64,000 nt of DNA from Sumerlaeia bacterium (GTDB lineage: Bacteria; Sumerlaeota; Sumerlaeia; SLMS01; JAHLLQ01): positions 256,001 through 320,000 of the forward strand of contig JAVJSW010000068.1 of assembly GCA_040219255.1 (NCBI GenBank). The letters are read 5' to 3'. Below are positions 35,491 to 45,206 of the stretch, piece after piece; within the stretch, counting starts at the first letter, position 1, and every line of letters begins with the position of its first letter. Position numbers and translations under genes: made by a program. The notes under the pieces are model-generated. The model made no database searches, was not told the DNA's origin, and saw only the letters and a list, made by a program, of their open reading frames with translations.

Positions 35491-38163
35491 TTACCGGCTC
35501 GTCAACTTCTCCACCCGGTTCAGCACATCCTTATACCCCGCGTCGATTTTCACGAGTTGCTTGAACATCGCGGCGGCGCGGTTGAAGAAGTGGGCTTCTT
35601 CGAGGAGTTCCGCCGTCTGGTACACCCAGCCCATGAGTTCGTCGAGTTCCGCCGGGTCGTCCTGGAGGGAGAGTTTGAGTTCGCCGAGGGTGTCGCCGGC
35701 CATGTCGAAGAGGCGTTTTTTGGCGTAGCAGTAGGCCAGTTTCGCGAGGGGGAGGCGGCTGGCTTCCGGTTGGCGGCTGGCGCGTTGGTAGTAGGTGATG
35801 GCCTGGCCGAAATCCTCGGCCTCGCGGGAGAGATCGCCGAGTTCCATGAGTTGGTCGTAGCTGGCTTTGCCGCCTTCGACCTCGCGCTGGAGGAAGGCGA
35901 AGCGTTTGCTGTCGAGGGCATGGCTGACGAGGGCGCGCAGGCGTTTCGTTTCTTTGTCCTGGGGGGCGCGCTGCTCGAGCAGTTTGTGGAATTCGGCCGC
36001 TTCGTCCGCCGCGCCCGAGTCGATGGCCATGGGGATCAGGCGGTGGAGCATGCGAGTGGCTTCTTCGCTCTCGACGACGTCGCCGCCCATGAGCCTGGAC
36101 ACGTGTTTCTTGGCGCTCTTGTAGTCCTTCAGGACGAGGTAGGCTTCGCCGAGGGCGCGGCTGATTTCTTCCGTTTCCTCGCCGCCGTTGGCCAGATAGA
36201 GGGAGTAGGCGTGGATCATTTCGGTGAACATGGCAGCGCGGCGGTAGGCCTCGCCGAGCGCCGACAGAGTCGGCAGGTGGTGGGGGCTGCGGCGCAGGAT
36301 TTTCTGGCTGGCGTCGCGCAGGGTCGCGACTGGGTCCATGCCGCGGGCGGCCATGGCTTTGATGGTTTCCAGGGCGGCGTCGTAGCGGCCTTGCTCGGCC
36401 TGGAGGTCCGACAGCAGGTCCAGCAGCGGAAAGGTGATGCCGGTGGTTTTCGTTTTGGCGGCGGCGTCTTTAGGGTCGGCGGAGCCGCCGTTGTCCTCGG
36501 GGGCCGGTTCTTTCGCGGCGGCTTTGGTGACCTTGGTGAAGGCGTACTCCAGCGTGTTGGCCACGTCGCCCCGGGCGGCCGGGTGGTTTGTCAGGATCCG
36601 GTCCGCGAGGCCGACGGCGCGCTCGCCATGGCCGCCCAGAACGAGGGCCCGCAGGGCCTCCAGGTTGAGTTCCAGATCGGCTGGGGTGTTGTGGGCGCGC
36701 TCCACCAGTTCGGCCAGTTCCTTGGAAAGGATGGCGTTCTCGACGCGGCGCAGCAGCATGTTCAGCCGGCCCTCGCGCCCGGCGTCGTGGGCGCCGGGGA
36801 CCTTCAGAGCGGCCTCCGCCGCGCCGCGGGCCTGATCCATGTCTTTCATTTCAAAGTGGGCGTGGGCCAGGATTTCCAGCCGCTCCGCGTCCTTCGGCCC
36901 TTCCTGGAAGGACTTGCGGCCCAGGAACGCGCGGGCCTTGTCGGCCTTGGCGTTGCTCATCAGAACGTGGGCGTAGCGCAACGCCAGCGCCGCGTCCTGG
37001 GGTTTGTCCTCGACTTCCTGGGCCAGCACATTCTCCAGCCGGTCCGGGTAATCCATTTCCTCGTAGAGCTGGATCAGGCGGTGGCGCTTGCCCGGTTGGT
37101 TGCGATCGAGCGCCAGGGAGCGCTCGAGCCACTTCATCTGCGCCTCGCGGTTGGCGGTGCGTTCCGCCTGGGACGCCAGGATGTTCAGCACATCCGGCCG
37201 CTCTTCCTTGTTGAGGATGTCGCGCAGGATCTTGTTGCTGCGAGGCATGGGCACGCGCTCCACCTCGCCCAGGCGCTTGGCCGCCTGCACGGCCTCGGGA
37301 AAGCGCCGCGCCGCGACCAGGAGCGAGGCGTAGGCCGCCAGCGCTTCCTCGTCCTCGCCGCCGACGCCATAGCGCTCCATGGCATCGAGGGCCTCCTCCT
37401 CGTGGCCCTGCTCGAGAAGCTCGTCCAGGTAGGCTTCCTGAAGCTGTTCGTCGTTGGGGAATTTTTCGAGGAGCTGGCGCAGGTAAGTCAGGTATTCCGC
37501 CGGTTTGCCTTCCTCGTTGGCGAGGCGGCAGAGCATTTCGAGTAGGTCCGCGTCGCGGTCGCCGGCGGCGTAGAGGTCGCGCAGCATGGCCGAGGTCTCG
37601 CCCCGGGCGCCCCGGCGGAAGCGCTCCATCGCCACGGCGCGCAGAAGCCGGTCCTGGCCCGGGCGCCACAGAAGGCCGATGCGGCTGACCAGCAAGGCGG
37701 GTCCGCCGAGGTTTTTCTGGTCCATGGACCGCAGCGCCCGATCCCAGAACCAGCGGAAGAACAGCTCGACCGCCAGGATCAGCACGGCACCAGCCAGCGC
37801 CCCGCCCGCCGCCGACAGCCAGCCGAGCGCCGGATTGCCGAATTCCTCGAGCGTGAACCAGTACCCCGCCGCCGCCGCCAACGCTCCTGGCCCGGCGAAC
37901 CCGGCGGCCATACTGACAAACGGCCGGCCCTTGGCCCTCGGGTCCAGACTGATCAGGTAGCCGAGCACCGCCAGCGCCGCCAGAACGCCCGCCACGGGAA
38001 ACAAGAGGGGCGCGAACGCGAGCGGATCGTCGAGCGTGAACTGGTTCACGATGCGCCCCTGCAACCCCTCGTCCATCCAGAAAAGCTGGAGCAGGACGGC
38101 TCCGCCCACCCCCGCCAGACAGGCGGCCCAAAAGAAAACAAGCGATGAAACACGGCGCATCAT
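35491..38163 (-). CDS. Membrane protein with large cytoplasmic TPR region
   Basis: Four N-terminal TM segments; helical repeats ending in IDAGYKDV..R. Confidence 0.8.
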   Translation of the reverse strand: MMRRVSSLVFFWAACLAGVGGAVLLQLFWMDEGLQGRIVNQFTLDDPLAFAPLLFPVAGVLAALAVLGYLISLDPRAKGRPFVSMAAGFAGPGALAAAAGYWFTLEEFGNPALGWLSAAGGALAGAVLILAVELFFRWFWDRALRSMDQKNLGGPALLVSRIGLLWRPGQDRLLRAVAMERFRRGARGETSAMLRDLYAAGDRDADLLEMLCRLANEEGKPAEYLTYLRQLLEKFPNDEQLQEAYLDELLEQGHEEEALDAMERYGVGGEDEEALAAYASLLVAARRFPEAVQAAKRLGEVERVPMPRSNKILRDILNKEERPDVLNILASQAERTANREAQMKWLERSLALDRNQPGKRHRLIQLYEEMDYPDRLENVLAQEVEDKPQDAALALRYAHVLMSNAKADKARAFLGRKSFQEGPKDAERLEILAHAHFEMKDMDQARGAAEAALKVPGAHDAGREGRLNMLLRRVENAILSKELAELVERAHNTPADLELNLEALRALVLGGHGERAVGLADRILTNHPAARGDVANTLEYAFTKVTKAAAKEPAPEDNGGSADPKDAAAKTKTTGITFPLLDLLSDLQAEQGRYDAALETIKAMAARGMDPVATLRDASQKILRRSPHHLPTLSALGEAYRRAAMFTEMIHAYSLYLANGGEETEEISRALGEAYLVLKDYKSAKKHVSRLMGGDVVESEEATRMLHRLIPMAIDSGAADEAAEFHKLLEQRAPQDKETKRLRALVSHALDSKRFAFLQREVEGGKASYDQLMELGDLSREAEDFGQAITYYQRASRQPEASRLPLAKLAYCYAKKRLFDMAGDTLGELKLSLQDDPAELDELMGWVYQTAELLEEAHFFNRAAAMFKQLVKIDAGYKDVLNRVEKLTSR

Positions 38164-38398
38164 GGTCTCGGAACAGCACCTCGCGGACTGGTGGGTTGAA
38201 GGGAAGGCCTGCGCCCTGAACAAATCCTGTACCGTGATGCGGCCAACGGCAAGCCGACGGCAAGGGGCGATTGGGATTTCTTCAGGTCTGGCGCGACACT
38301 TCCGTTCCGACCCGCGAAAGCTGACCTTGCGGAATCACCGCCCGATTGTGTCTGATTTCGAATCCCGTCCGGCCCCTCGCCGCCCAGGCCACCGACCC

Positions 38399-39532
38399 AT
38401 GCGCTCTCCCTTGCTCCCGCTGATAACCGCCGTTCTCGCGCTCGGTTGGCAAACCACCCGCGCCGAAAGCCCCCTCCGCCCCGCCTTCCACCGCGGCGTC
38501 TGCCTCGAAGGCGGCCTGCCGCTCGAGCCCTGTCACATCGAAGAACTCACCGCCACGGGCGTGACCCATGTGTCGCTCAACCCGTTTGGCTGGATGGAGA
38601 GCGCGTCCTCCACCGAAGTCCACATGCGAACCGAATCGGGCGGCGGGGGCGGCGGGCGGTGGTTTGGCGAGCGCGACGATGGCCTGCGCCAGTACGCCTC
38701 GCTGGCCCGCGAGGCGGGGATGACGGTGATGCTGCGGCCCCACATCTGGCTCCGCCGCGGGGGCAAGGACGCCCAGGGCAACGACCTCTGGCTGGACGAC
38801 ATCGGGTTCGAGACGGAGGCGCAGTGGCAGGCGTTCTTCGCCAGTTACACCCGCTTCGCCGTGCATTACGCCGCGCTGGCCGAGGACGCGGGCATGGCGT
38901 GGTACAGCGTCGGCGCGGAAATGACACGCGCCACCCGCGAACGCCCCGAGGACTGGCGCCGCGTGATCGCCGCCTGCCGCGAGGTTTACAGAGGCAAGCT
39001 GATCTACAGCGCGAACTGGTACGAGGAAGCGGAGGCCCTGGCATTCGGCGACGCGCTGGATGCGATCGGGGTTCAGGCGTACTTTCCCCTAGCCGAGGCA
39101 CCGGGCGATAGGGCGGAGGATCTGGCGGCGCGGTTCGAGGGTTGGCTCGACCGCATGGAGGCGGTTTCACGGCGCGCGGGGAGGCCCGTGATCTTTACGG
39201 AAATCGGTTATAAGGCGACGCCGAACGCGCTGGTCGAGCCGTGGGTCTGGCGCGAGGACGGCGGTCCCTCGCCGGCGACGCAGGCGCTGGGTTATCGCGT
39301 GGCACTCGCGGCGATGGCGGACGAGGAGTGGCTGGCCGGGGCGTACTGGTGGAAGTACCACGCCGACCCCTGCGCCACGGCCCAGCCCCGCCGGCCGGGC
39401 GATTTCACCTGGCAGGGCCAGCCCGCCGCCGAGATCCTGGCACGGGCCTATCGAGGTCTGGACATGGAAACGCCCGGTTCCTCGGGCGAAGAACCGGGCG
39501 CGGAGGCTTTGGGGAACGGGGGCGGGCGTTAG
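38399..39532 (+). CDS. GH113-like TIM-barrel glycoside hydrolase
   Basis: VMLRPHIW, VGAE, YSANW, IGVQAYFPL, FTEIGY, GAYWW; signal peptide. Confidence 0.8.
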   Translation: MRSPLLPLITAVLALGWQTTRAESPLRPAFHRGVCLEGGLPLEPCHIEELTATGVTHVSLNPFGWMESASSTEVHMRTESGGGGGGRWFGERDDGLRQYASLAREAGMTVMLRPHIWLRRGGKDAQGNDLWLDDIGFETEAQWQAFFASYTRFAVHYAALAEDAGMAWYSVGAEMTRATRERPEDWRRVIAACREVYRGKLIYSANWYEEAEALAFGDALDAIGVQAYFPLAEAPGDRAEDLAARFEGWLDRMEAVSRRAGRPVIFTEIGYKATPNALVEPWVWREDGGPSPATQALGYRVALAAMADEEWLAGAYWWKYHADPCATAQPRRPGDFTWQGQPAAEILARAYRGLDMETPGSSGEEPGAEALGNGGGR

Positions 39533-40149
39533 CCGCGCTTGCGGCCGGCGAACTTCCACGCGGCCGGCAGAACGGCGGCGGCGAGGATGATCTTGATGAC
39601 TTCGCCCGGCAGATAGATCAGCAAGCCCATATCGTAGGCGTGTGAGAGATTACCGCCGAGCCAGTTGCTGTACCAAAGCACGCCGGGAACGAAAATCACC
39701 GCCGTGCCCGCCGCCATCGCGATCAGCGAACGGGACATGGTGCGGTCGAAACCGCGCTCGGCCAAGTAGCCCACCAAGGCGGCGGCGGCCAGGAACCCGA
39801 GCAGATACCCGCCCGTCGGCCCCATGAAGTAAACCGGGCCGGCGCCCAGGTTCGCGAACACGGGCGCGCCCGCCAGGCCAAGCGCCAGATACGACGCCAC
39901 CGACGAAGCGGCAAGCCGCCAGCCAAGCACCATGCCGATGACCAGCACCGCAAAGGACTGCATCGAAATCGGCACGCCGGGGCTGAGGGCCGTGTTGAAG
40001 GAAAGTTTGGCGCCAATCGTCATCAGGGCGACACCGCCGATGACGAGGGCTCCGTTGCGGAGCCAGGGAAGGGCCTTGGACTCGGACGTGGTCGCCGCGG
40101 GCCACAGGGCGTCCGAAAGCGTAAGGGTGACAGGGGCGGCTTCAGACAT
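39529..40149 (-). CDS. bioY: Biotin transporter BioY
   Basis: VPISMQ, YLALGLAGAPVF, GPTGGYLLGF, GEVIK motifs. Confidence 0.93.
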   Translation of the reverse strand: MSEAAPVTLTLSDALWPAATTSESKALPWLRNGALVIGGVALMTIGAKLSFNTALSPGVPISMQSFAVLVIGMVLGWRLAASSVASYLALGLAGAPVFANLGAGPVYFMGPTGGYLLGFLAAAALVGYLAERGFDRTMSRSLIAMAAGTAVIFVPGVLWYSNWLGGNLSHAYDMGLLIYLPGEVIKIILAAAVLPAAWKFAGRKRG

Positions 40150-40173
40150 AATGGATCGTCCTTATACGAAATG

Positions 40174-40211
40174 AAAAAACCGGGCGAATTCCCACGGAGG
40201 AACTCGCCCGG
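40174..40211 (-). terminator. Intrinsic terminator
   Basis: 13-bp stem CCGGGCGAGTTCC/GGAATTCGCCCGG followed by T6 on the minus strand. Confidence 0.8.
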
Positions 40212-40273
40212 AATCAAGCCTGCTCTGATCCGAGGTGTCAAGGCCACCCGGCCTCCCGAATCGATTTAGGACA

Positions 40274-40780
40274 TTACTTCTTCGCTTCCTTGTTCACGCC
40301 GCTCGAGAGCATGCCGCCCTCGGCGATTTTGGTGACGCGCTTGTCGGAAGCGCCCGCTTCGTCCAGGCAATCGTCGAGCAGCTTGGCGTCGTCCTTCAGG
40401 CCCAGTTCCTTGGCGAAGGCCTTGACCGTGCCGTAGCCGGCGATGCCGTAGTGGGCGATGCGGTTGACGCTGGCGATGAGGGCGGCGTCGCGGACGGCGA
40501 TATCGGCGCGCTCGCCAAGGTTTTCCTCGGCCTCGCGGATGATGCCCGCCATGGCCTCGCACTTGTGGCCCGTGGGTTCGGCGCCGTGGCCGCGGATGAT
40601 GGCTTCCAGGCGTTCCTGGCGGACCTTCGAGCCCTTGTTGCATTCATCGAAGCAGGCGTTCAGGTCGCTGTTCTGGGTCGCCGTGGCGATGCGCGGAAAG
40701 ATTGTCTGGGCCTGCCGCTCGGCGCTGTGCAGATCACGAAGTTGTTCGATGTAGAGTTGTTTGAGAGTCGTCAAAGGCAT
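40274..40780 (-). CDS. Ferritin-like DUF892/YciF family protein
   Basis: L.DL.SAE.Q, CEAMAGII.E, RDAALI, HY.IAGYG motifs. Confidence 0.88.
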   Translation of the reverse strand: MPLTTLKQLYIEQLRDLHSAERQAQTIFPRIATATQNSDLNACFDECNKGSKVRQERLEAIIRGHGAEPTGHKCEAMAGIIREAEENLGERADIAVRDAALIASVNRIAHYGIAGYGTVKAFAKELGLKDDAKLLDDCLDEAGASDKRVTKIAEGGMLSSGVNKEAKK

Positions 40781-41079
40781 AGGGGGATTCCTCCGGTGGA
40801 GATTATTTACGGTCAGCGCGGGAAGGCTCGCCCCCGCGCTGGCACTTTGTACCGCCAGAGTTGTGCCACGCCGCCCATCGGCACCTGGTGCAATGACCCC
40901 CGTCAGGCCCTGCGAAAGTCCCGTCCGTGGCGCATCTCGCGCCACCTTCCCTCTCGGCGGGCGGATAGCGGCGAGGCAGAAACTTCGGCGGCGGAATTTT
41001 CGTCTTGGCCCCCCACAGGACACACGCTATTCCGTGCCCACTGAACAACCACCACCCTCTCGAAGAAGGATTTCGTTTC

Positions 41080-41499
41080 ATGGGTCTTTTCGATCGTCTG
41101 ACAGGAGGGGGAGCGATCGAGCTGACCCCCAAGAGTTCGCTCGCGCTTTCCGCCATCGTCATGATGGCCGCCGACGGCGTTGTCGAGGAGTCCGAACTGG
41201 CCTCCCTCGGCCAGATCGTGCGCGACGACAAGAAAGCCTTCCAGGATGCCTACAAGGTTTACAAGAACAAGAAGCCTTCGGAAATCATCCCGATGGTCGC
41301 CGAGAAGCTGAACCAAAGACAGCGCCTCGCCACCATCGCCATCCTCCTCGACATGGCCATGGGCGACGGCCACCTGGACAACAACGAGAAGGCCCTCCTG
41401 CAAGCCTTCGCCGATGCCTTCGAACTCGCCGAAGGCGACGTGACGGAAATCATCGACGTGATCGCCATCAAGAACAACTTCTCGATTTTCGAGGAATAA
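41080..41499 (+). CDS. TerB family tellurite-resistance protein
   Basis: MGLFD, AADG.VEE.E, MGDGHLD..E, VIAIKN; AAGGA RBS. Confidence 0.85.
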   Translation: MGLFDRLTGGGAIELTPKSSLALSAIVMMAADGVVEESELASLGQIVRDDKKAFQDAYKVYKNKKPSEIIPMVAEKLNQRQRLATIAILLDMAMGDGHLDNNEKALLQAFADAFELAEGDVTEIIDVIAIKNNFSIFEE

Positions 41500-41586
41500 G
41501 CCGGTCTCCAGCCCGCCCCCGTGCGGCGGGACGGAGCGTGATTCTCCCTTATTCCAGTTGATTCTCTGAGGACACATCGGGCGAGC

Positions 41587-42717
41587 ATGAGAGATCGTTT
41601 CGATCCGATTCTTCCCGCAGGAGACCCGCACCCCGTGCCCGCCCTTCGCCGCCTGATTCTCGTCGGAGCCTTCGCGCTCCTGGCCCCCCTCCTGCCCGCC
41701 CAGGACCTCGACTGCCCCAGCGCCACCTGCGCCGTGGTTCGGCAGGACGGGGCGACCACCGGCTCCAGCATCGGCGTGTACGAAACCATCCAGGCGGCGA
41801 TCAATGACGCGGCCATCCGTGGCCACACGGAAATCGTGGTCTATCCGGGGCGGTATTATGAGAACCTGCACTTCTCCCTCGGCGGCATGACACTGCGCTC
41901 GCTCGAGGGGCCGCTCTTGACGTGTATCGATGGGTCCACATCGGCGATTTCGGACGCCCCCACCATCGGCATGGATTCGGTGCAGGGACTGAGCTTTATC
42001 GGTTTCACCATTTCCGGCGGCGGGTACGGCGTGCTGGTTTCCATTTCCGCGGAAGCCACCATCCGCAACTGCGTGATCGAGGGGAATCGCATCGCGGGAG
42101 TTGGAACATTCTGGAACGAAGAGCTGCTTCCCCCGCCAGCTGTCAGTGTGATCAATTGCGTGGTCAGTAATAACTCTGGCAGTGGCATTGCAATGACGAG
42201 CTTACTTAATTCACGCGGATGTCCACTCGTTTCGCACATGAGTGTTCACAATTCAATCATAACCAACAATGGCCGATATGCTGTCGACTACGGTGTGGTC
42301 AATTCCATATGTTGTTGTTCCAGTTTCCTTTTCACGGATCGATTTCAGTTTTCGCACAACTTGCTATCAGCGAATGCAGAAGGAAATCTGGGCCCCTCCA
42401 TTGCTAATGGAAGCATTCCCATCGGCACCGCAAATATCCAAAACCAATCCCCCGGTTTCATCGGCTCCGCCACCGGCTGCGGCCCGGACGTTCGCCTCCT
42501 GAGCACCTCCAACGCCCGCAACCAAGGCTGGCCCGCCGCCGCTTACCGCGACCCCGATGGGTCGCGCAACGACATGGGAGCTTTCGGCGGCCCCTTCGCC
42601 GAGGCCTACTACACCTCGATGGACGACGGCCCCGTCATCAAGCAGGTCACCCCCCTCGGCACCATCCGCGCCGGAGACGGCCCCTTCACCATCGAAGCCG
42701 TCGGCGCGGCGAGGTAA
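41587..42717 (+). CDS. Secreted right-handed parallel beta-helix protein (paralogue 1)
   Basis: TIQAAI, VYPG.Y.E, GFTI.GG, I.NCVI.GN repeats, DPDGSRNDMGAFGG. Confidence 0.82.
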   Translation: MRDRFDPILPAGDPHPVPALRRLILVGAFALLAPLLPAQDLDCPSATCAVVRQDGATTGSSIGVYETIQAAINDAAIRGHTEIVVYPGRYYENLHFSLGGMTLRSLEGPLLTCIDGSTSAISDAPTIGMDSVQGLSFIGFTISGGGYGVLVSISAEATIRNCVIEGNRIAGVGTFWNEELLPPPAVSVINCVVSNNSGSGIAMTSLLNSRGCPLVSHMSVHNSIITNNGRYAVDYGVVNSICCCSSFLFTDRFQFSHNLLSANAEGNLGPSIANGSIPIGTANIQNQSPGFIGSATGCGPDVRLLSTSNARNQGWPAAAYRDPDGSRNDMGAFGGPFAEAYYTSMDDGPVIKQVTPLGTIRAGDGPFTIEAVGAAR

Positions 42718-42795
42718 GCCAAGCCGCCGCCGAAGACTCTGAAATGCCCCCTGTATCGAACAGGCACCCGCACCCGAAAAAGGAGCCTCGTCCTC

Positions 42796-43878
42796 TTGAA
42801 GTTTCCAGCCCAGTTTCTCATAGCCGCCGCCATATCGTGCTTTGCGATGACGGCATTCGCCCAGGATTTCGACTGCCCGAGCGCGGATTGCGTCGTGGTT
42901 CGCCAGGACGGCGCCACCACCGGCTCGCAAATCGGCGTGTACGACACCATTCAGGCAGCCATCCTTGCGGCACCCTCCCAGGGCTTTAGCGAAATCTTGG
43001 TCTATCCGGGGGAATACCGCGAGACGCTGCAAATCAATCAGGGCGGTCTGACCTTGCGGGCAATCGACGGCCCTCTACTGACTTGCATCAATGGGGCGGA
43101 CGACACGGACTCGACCATTCCCGTGGTCAGTTTGGGGTTCGCGCAGGAAGTGACCCTGATCGGATTCAACATCCGCGGCGGGGGCTATGGAGTTTTTCTT
43201 TCGGATTCCGCAGAAGTTCGGCTTCAGAATTGTGTTGTTGAAGGGAATCGCATTTCGGGGATCTACTCGGAATGGACAACTATCAACGTGACGCCTCCAC
43301 AGCTTACTGTTTCCAACTGTGTCGTGACCAACAATGCGGGAAATGGCATCGACGTTATCCTCCCTTCCGTGAATCCCACAACTTGCTCTTTTACCACGAT
43401 TCAAAATAGTATCGTCAGCGAGAATGCCGGAGTGGGTATTTATGTGAGCTTTCTTACGGCCTTCTCGACGCAATCCACACCAAATGAGTCCGAGCGGTTC
43501 CAAATGCAATACAACCTTGTGACCGCAAATGTCGTTGGGAACTACGGTGGGTTCCTATTGGGGATTGGCGGAAAATTGCCGATCCCGGCGACCAATGCGT
43601 CGAACCTGAGCGTTGGATTTCTTGACTCCAGCCCAGGCTGCGGACGCGATGTTCGCCTCCGCACGAATTCCCAGGCCCGCAACGCGGGATGGCCCACCAC
43701 CGCGTTTCGCGATCCCGACGGCTCGCGCAACGACCTCGGCGTCTTCGGCGGCCCCTTCGCAGCGGGATTCTTCACCACCATCGACGACGGGCCCGTCGTC
43801 AAGCAAGTCACCCCCCTAGGCACCATTCGCATTTCCGACGGCCCCTTCACCATCGAAGCCGTCGGCGCGGCGAGGTAA
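42796..43878 (+). CDS. Secreted right-handed parallel beta-helix protein (paralogue 2)
   Basis: TTG start after AAGGAG; same N- and C-terminal motifs as 41587-42717. Confidence 0.82.
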   Translation: MKFPAQFLIAAAISCFAMTAFAQDFDCPSADCVVVRQDGATTGSQIGVYDTIQAAILAAPSQGFSEILVYPGEYRETLQINQGGLTLRAIDGPLLTCINGADDTDSTIPVVSLGFAQEVTLIGFNIRGGGYGVFLSDSAEVRLQNCVVEGNRISGIYSEWTTINVTPPQLTVSNCVVTNNAGNGIDVILPSVNPTTCSFTTIQNSIVSENAGVGIYVSFLTAFSTQSTPNESERFQMQYNLVTANVVGNYGGFLLGIGGKLPIPATNASNLSVGFLDSSPGCGRDVRLRTNSQARNAGWPTTAFRDPDGSRNDLGVFGGPFAAGFFTTIDDGPVVKQVTPLGTIRISDGPFTIEAVGAAR

Positions 43879-43882
43879 TCCC

Positions 43883-45031
43883 GTGATCCGTTTTCCTTTT
43901 CTCCTTCTCGCCGTCGCCCCCCCGCTCCTGCCCGCCCTCGCGGCGGCCCAGGGCAGCGCCGTCTCCAAGGCCTTCTTCGAGGTCCAGAACTTCGACCCCA
44001 TTCCCCTCGCCGTCGCCGACGAACCGACATCCGTTCCCTATCCGCCGGGCGACCCGATGCTGGCGTTCAACCTCTCGGGCACGAGCGGCACCATCACCAC
44101 CGCCGATCCGGCTTTTGGCGACGGCGGCCTGCCCCTCGGCCCGCATCACTTCCGCATCCTTCTGGAGGACTCGGAAGGCCGCACCGGGGCAAGCGCCTGG
44201 CGCGTCTTTCGCCACGATGGCACGCCGGTCATCACCGCCTACGAATGGACGCTGTGCACGTCGCGATGGAGCATGGGCAACATCCCGCCCCAGCCCGCCT
44301 GCGGAGCCATCGCCCGCGTCGCCGTCGATCCGCCCCGCCCCGAGGCCCAGGCCAGCGTCGATTTCAACACCCGCGACCTCGGCGTCGGCACCTACTACTT
44401 CTACATCCGGTTCTTCGATCAAGACGGTTTCACGACCGAGTGGCGCGAGTTCGTGTTCGAGATCGAACCCAACCTGCCGCTCCTTCGCGCCGAATGGACC
44501 CTGGACCCGGAAACGCCCTTTGGCGATGGCAACGCGGTCGCCATCGGCGAGCCGGACGAATTCGGCGATCACCCCCTGACGGCCCAGGTCAACCCCGCCA
44601 TCCTGCCAGCGGGAAAGAACACCATCTACCTGCGCGTCCAGCGCGACGTGCCCCGCGCCGAAGGCTCGCCCGAACCCGGCCCGGCCGACGGCAACTGGAG
44701 CGAATTCACCGAGATTCCGGTGAACCGCTGTCCCGAAGTCACCGCCCGCACCCCCGCCGCGAGCCGCCGCACTATCAACAGCAAGCGCGAAACGTTCAGC
44801 GTCACCGCCTCGGACATCGATGGCGACGGCTTGACTTACAGCCTCTTCGCCGATGGCGAGGCGGTCGCTTCCGGCCCCCTGCCCCTCGCCTACGTCTTCC
44901 CCGCTCCCGGCACCTACAACGTGGTCCTGCGCGCGACGGATGGCACCTGCCCCACCGACACCGCCTGGACGATCACCGTGACGGGAGGCCAAGGCATCAT
45001 CCTCCGCGGCCGACGGGGATTCCCGGGGTAG
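43883..45031 (+). CDS. Secreted Ig-like/PKD domain protein
   Basis: Signal peptide; ASDIDGDGLTY, YVFPAPGTYNVVLRATDG PKD motif. Confidence 0.75.
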   Translation: MIRFPFLLLAVAPPLLPALAAAQGSAVSKAFFEVQNFDPIPLAVADEPTSVPYPPGDPMLAFNLSGTSGTITTADPAFGDGGLPLGPHHFRILLEDSEGRTGASAWRVFRHDGTPVITAYEWTLCTSRWSMGNIPPQPACGAIARVAVDPPRPEAQASVDFNTRDLGVGTYYFYIRFFDQDGFTTEWREFVFEIEPNLPLLRAEWTLDPETPFGDGNAVAIGEPDEFGDHPLTAQVNPAILPAGKNTIYLRVQRDVPRAEGSPEPGPADGNWSEFTEIPVNRCPEVTARTPAASRRTINSKRETFSVTASDIDGDGLTYSLFADGEAVASGPLPLAYVFPAPGTYNVVLRATDGTCPTDTAWTITVTGGQGIILRGRRGFPG

Positions 45032-45206
45032 CCCGAAACGGGAGCGTCCCAAGACCCCCTGCGAATAAGCCACGCAACAAACCCCCCGCGCCTTTCCCTT
45101 GCCGAGAGCGGGGCGGTTCGGCGATTGCTTCTCACCCGCGAGGGGAGCCTCGACCGGCTCGCCCCGCGCAATTTCCGGTGCCCATCGACCGGCCCGAGGT
45201 ACTTCA

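Noticed and set aside
42550-43878. DGR template/variable repeat pair
   Set aside because: Both copies are coding ends of paralogues, differences are mostly synonymous and not adenine-specific, and there is no reverse transcriptase
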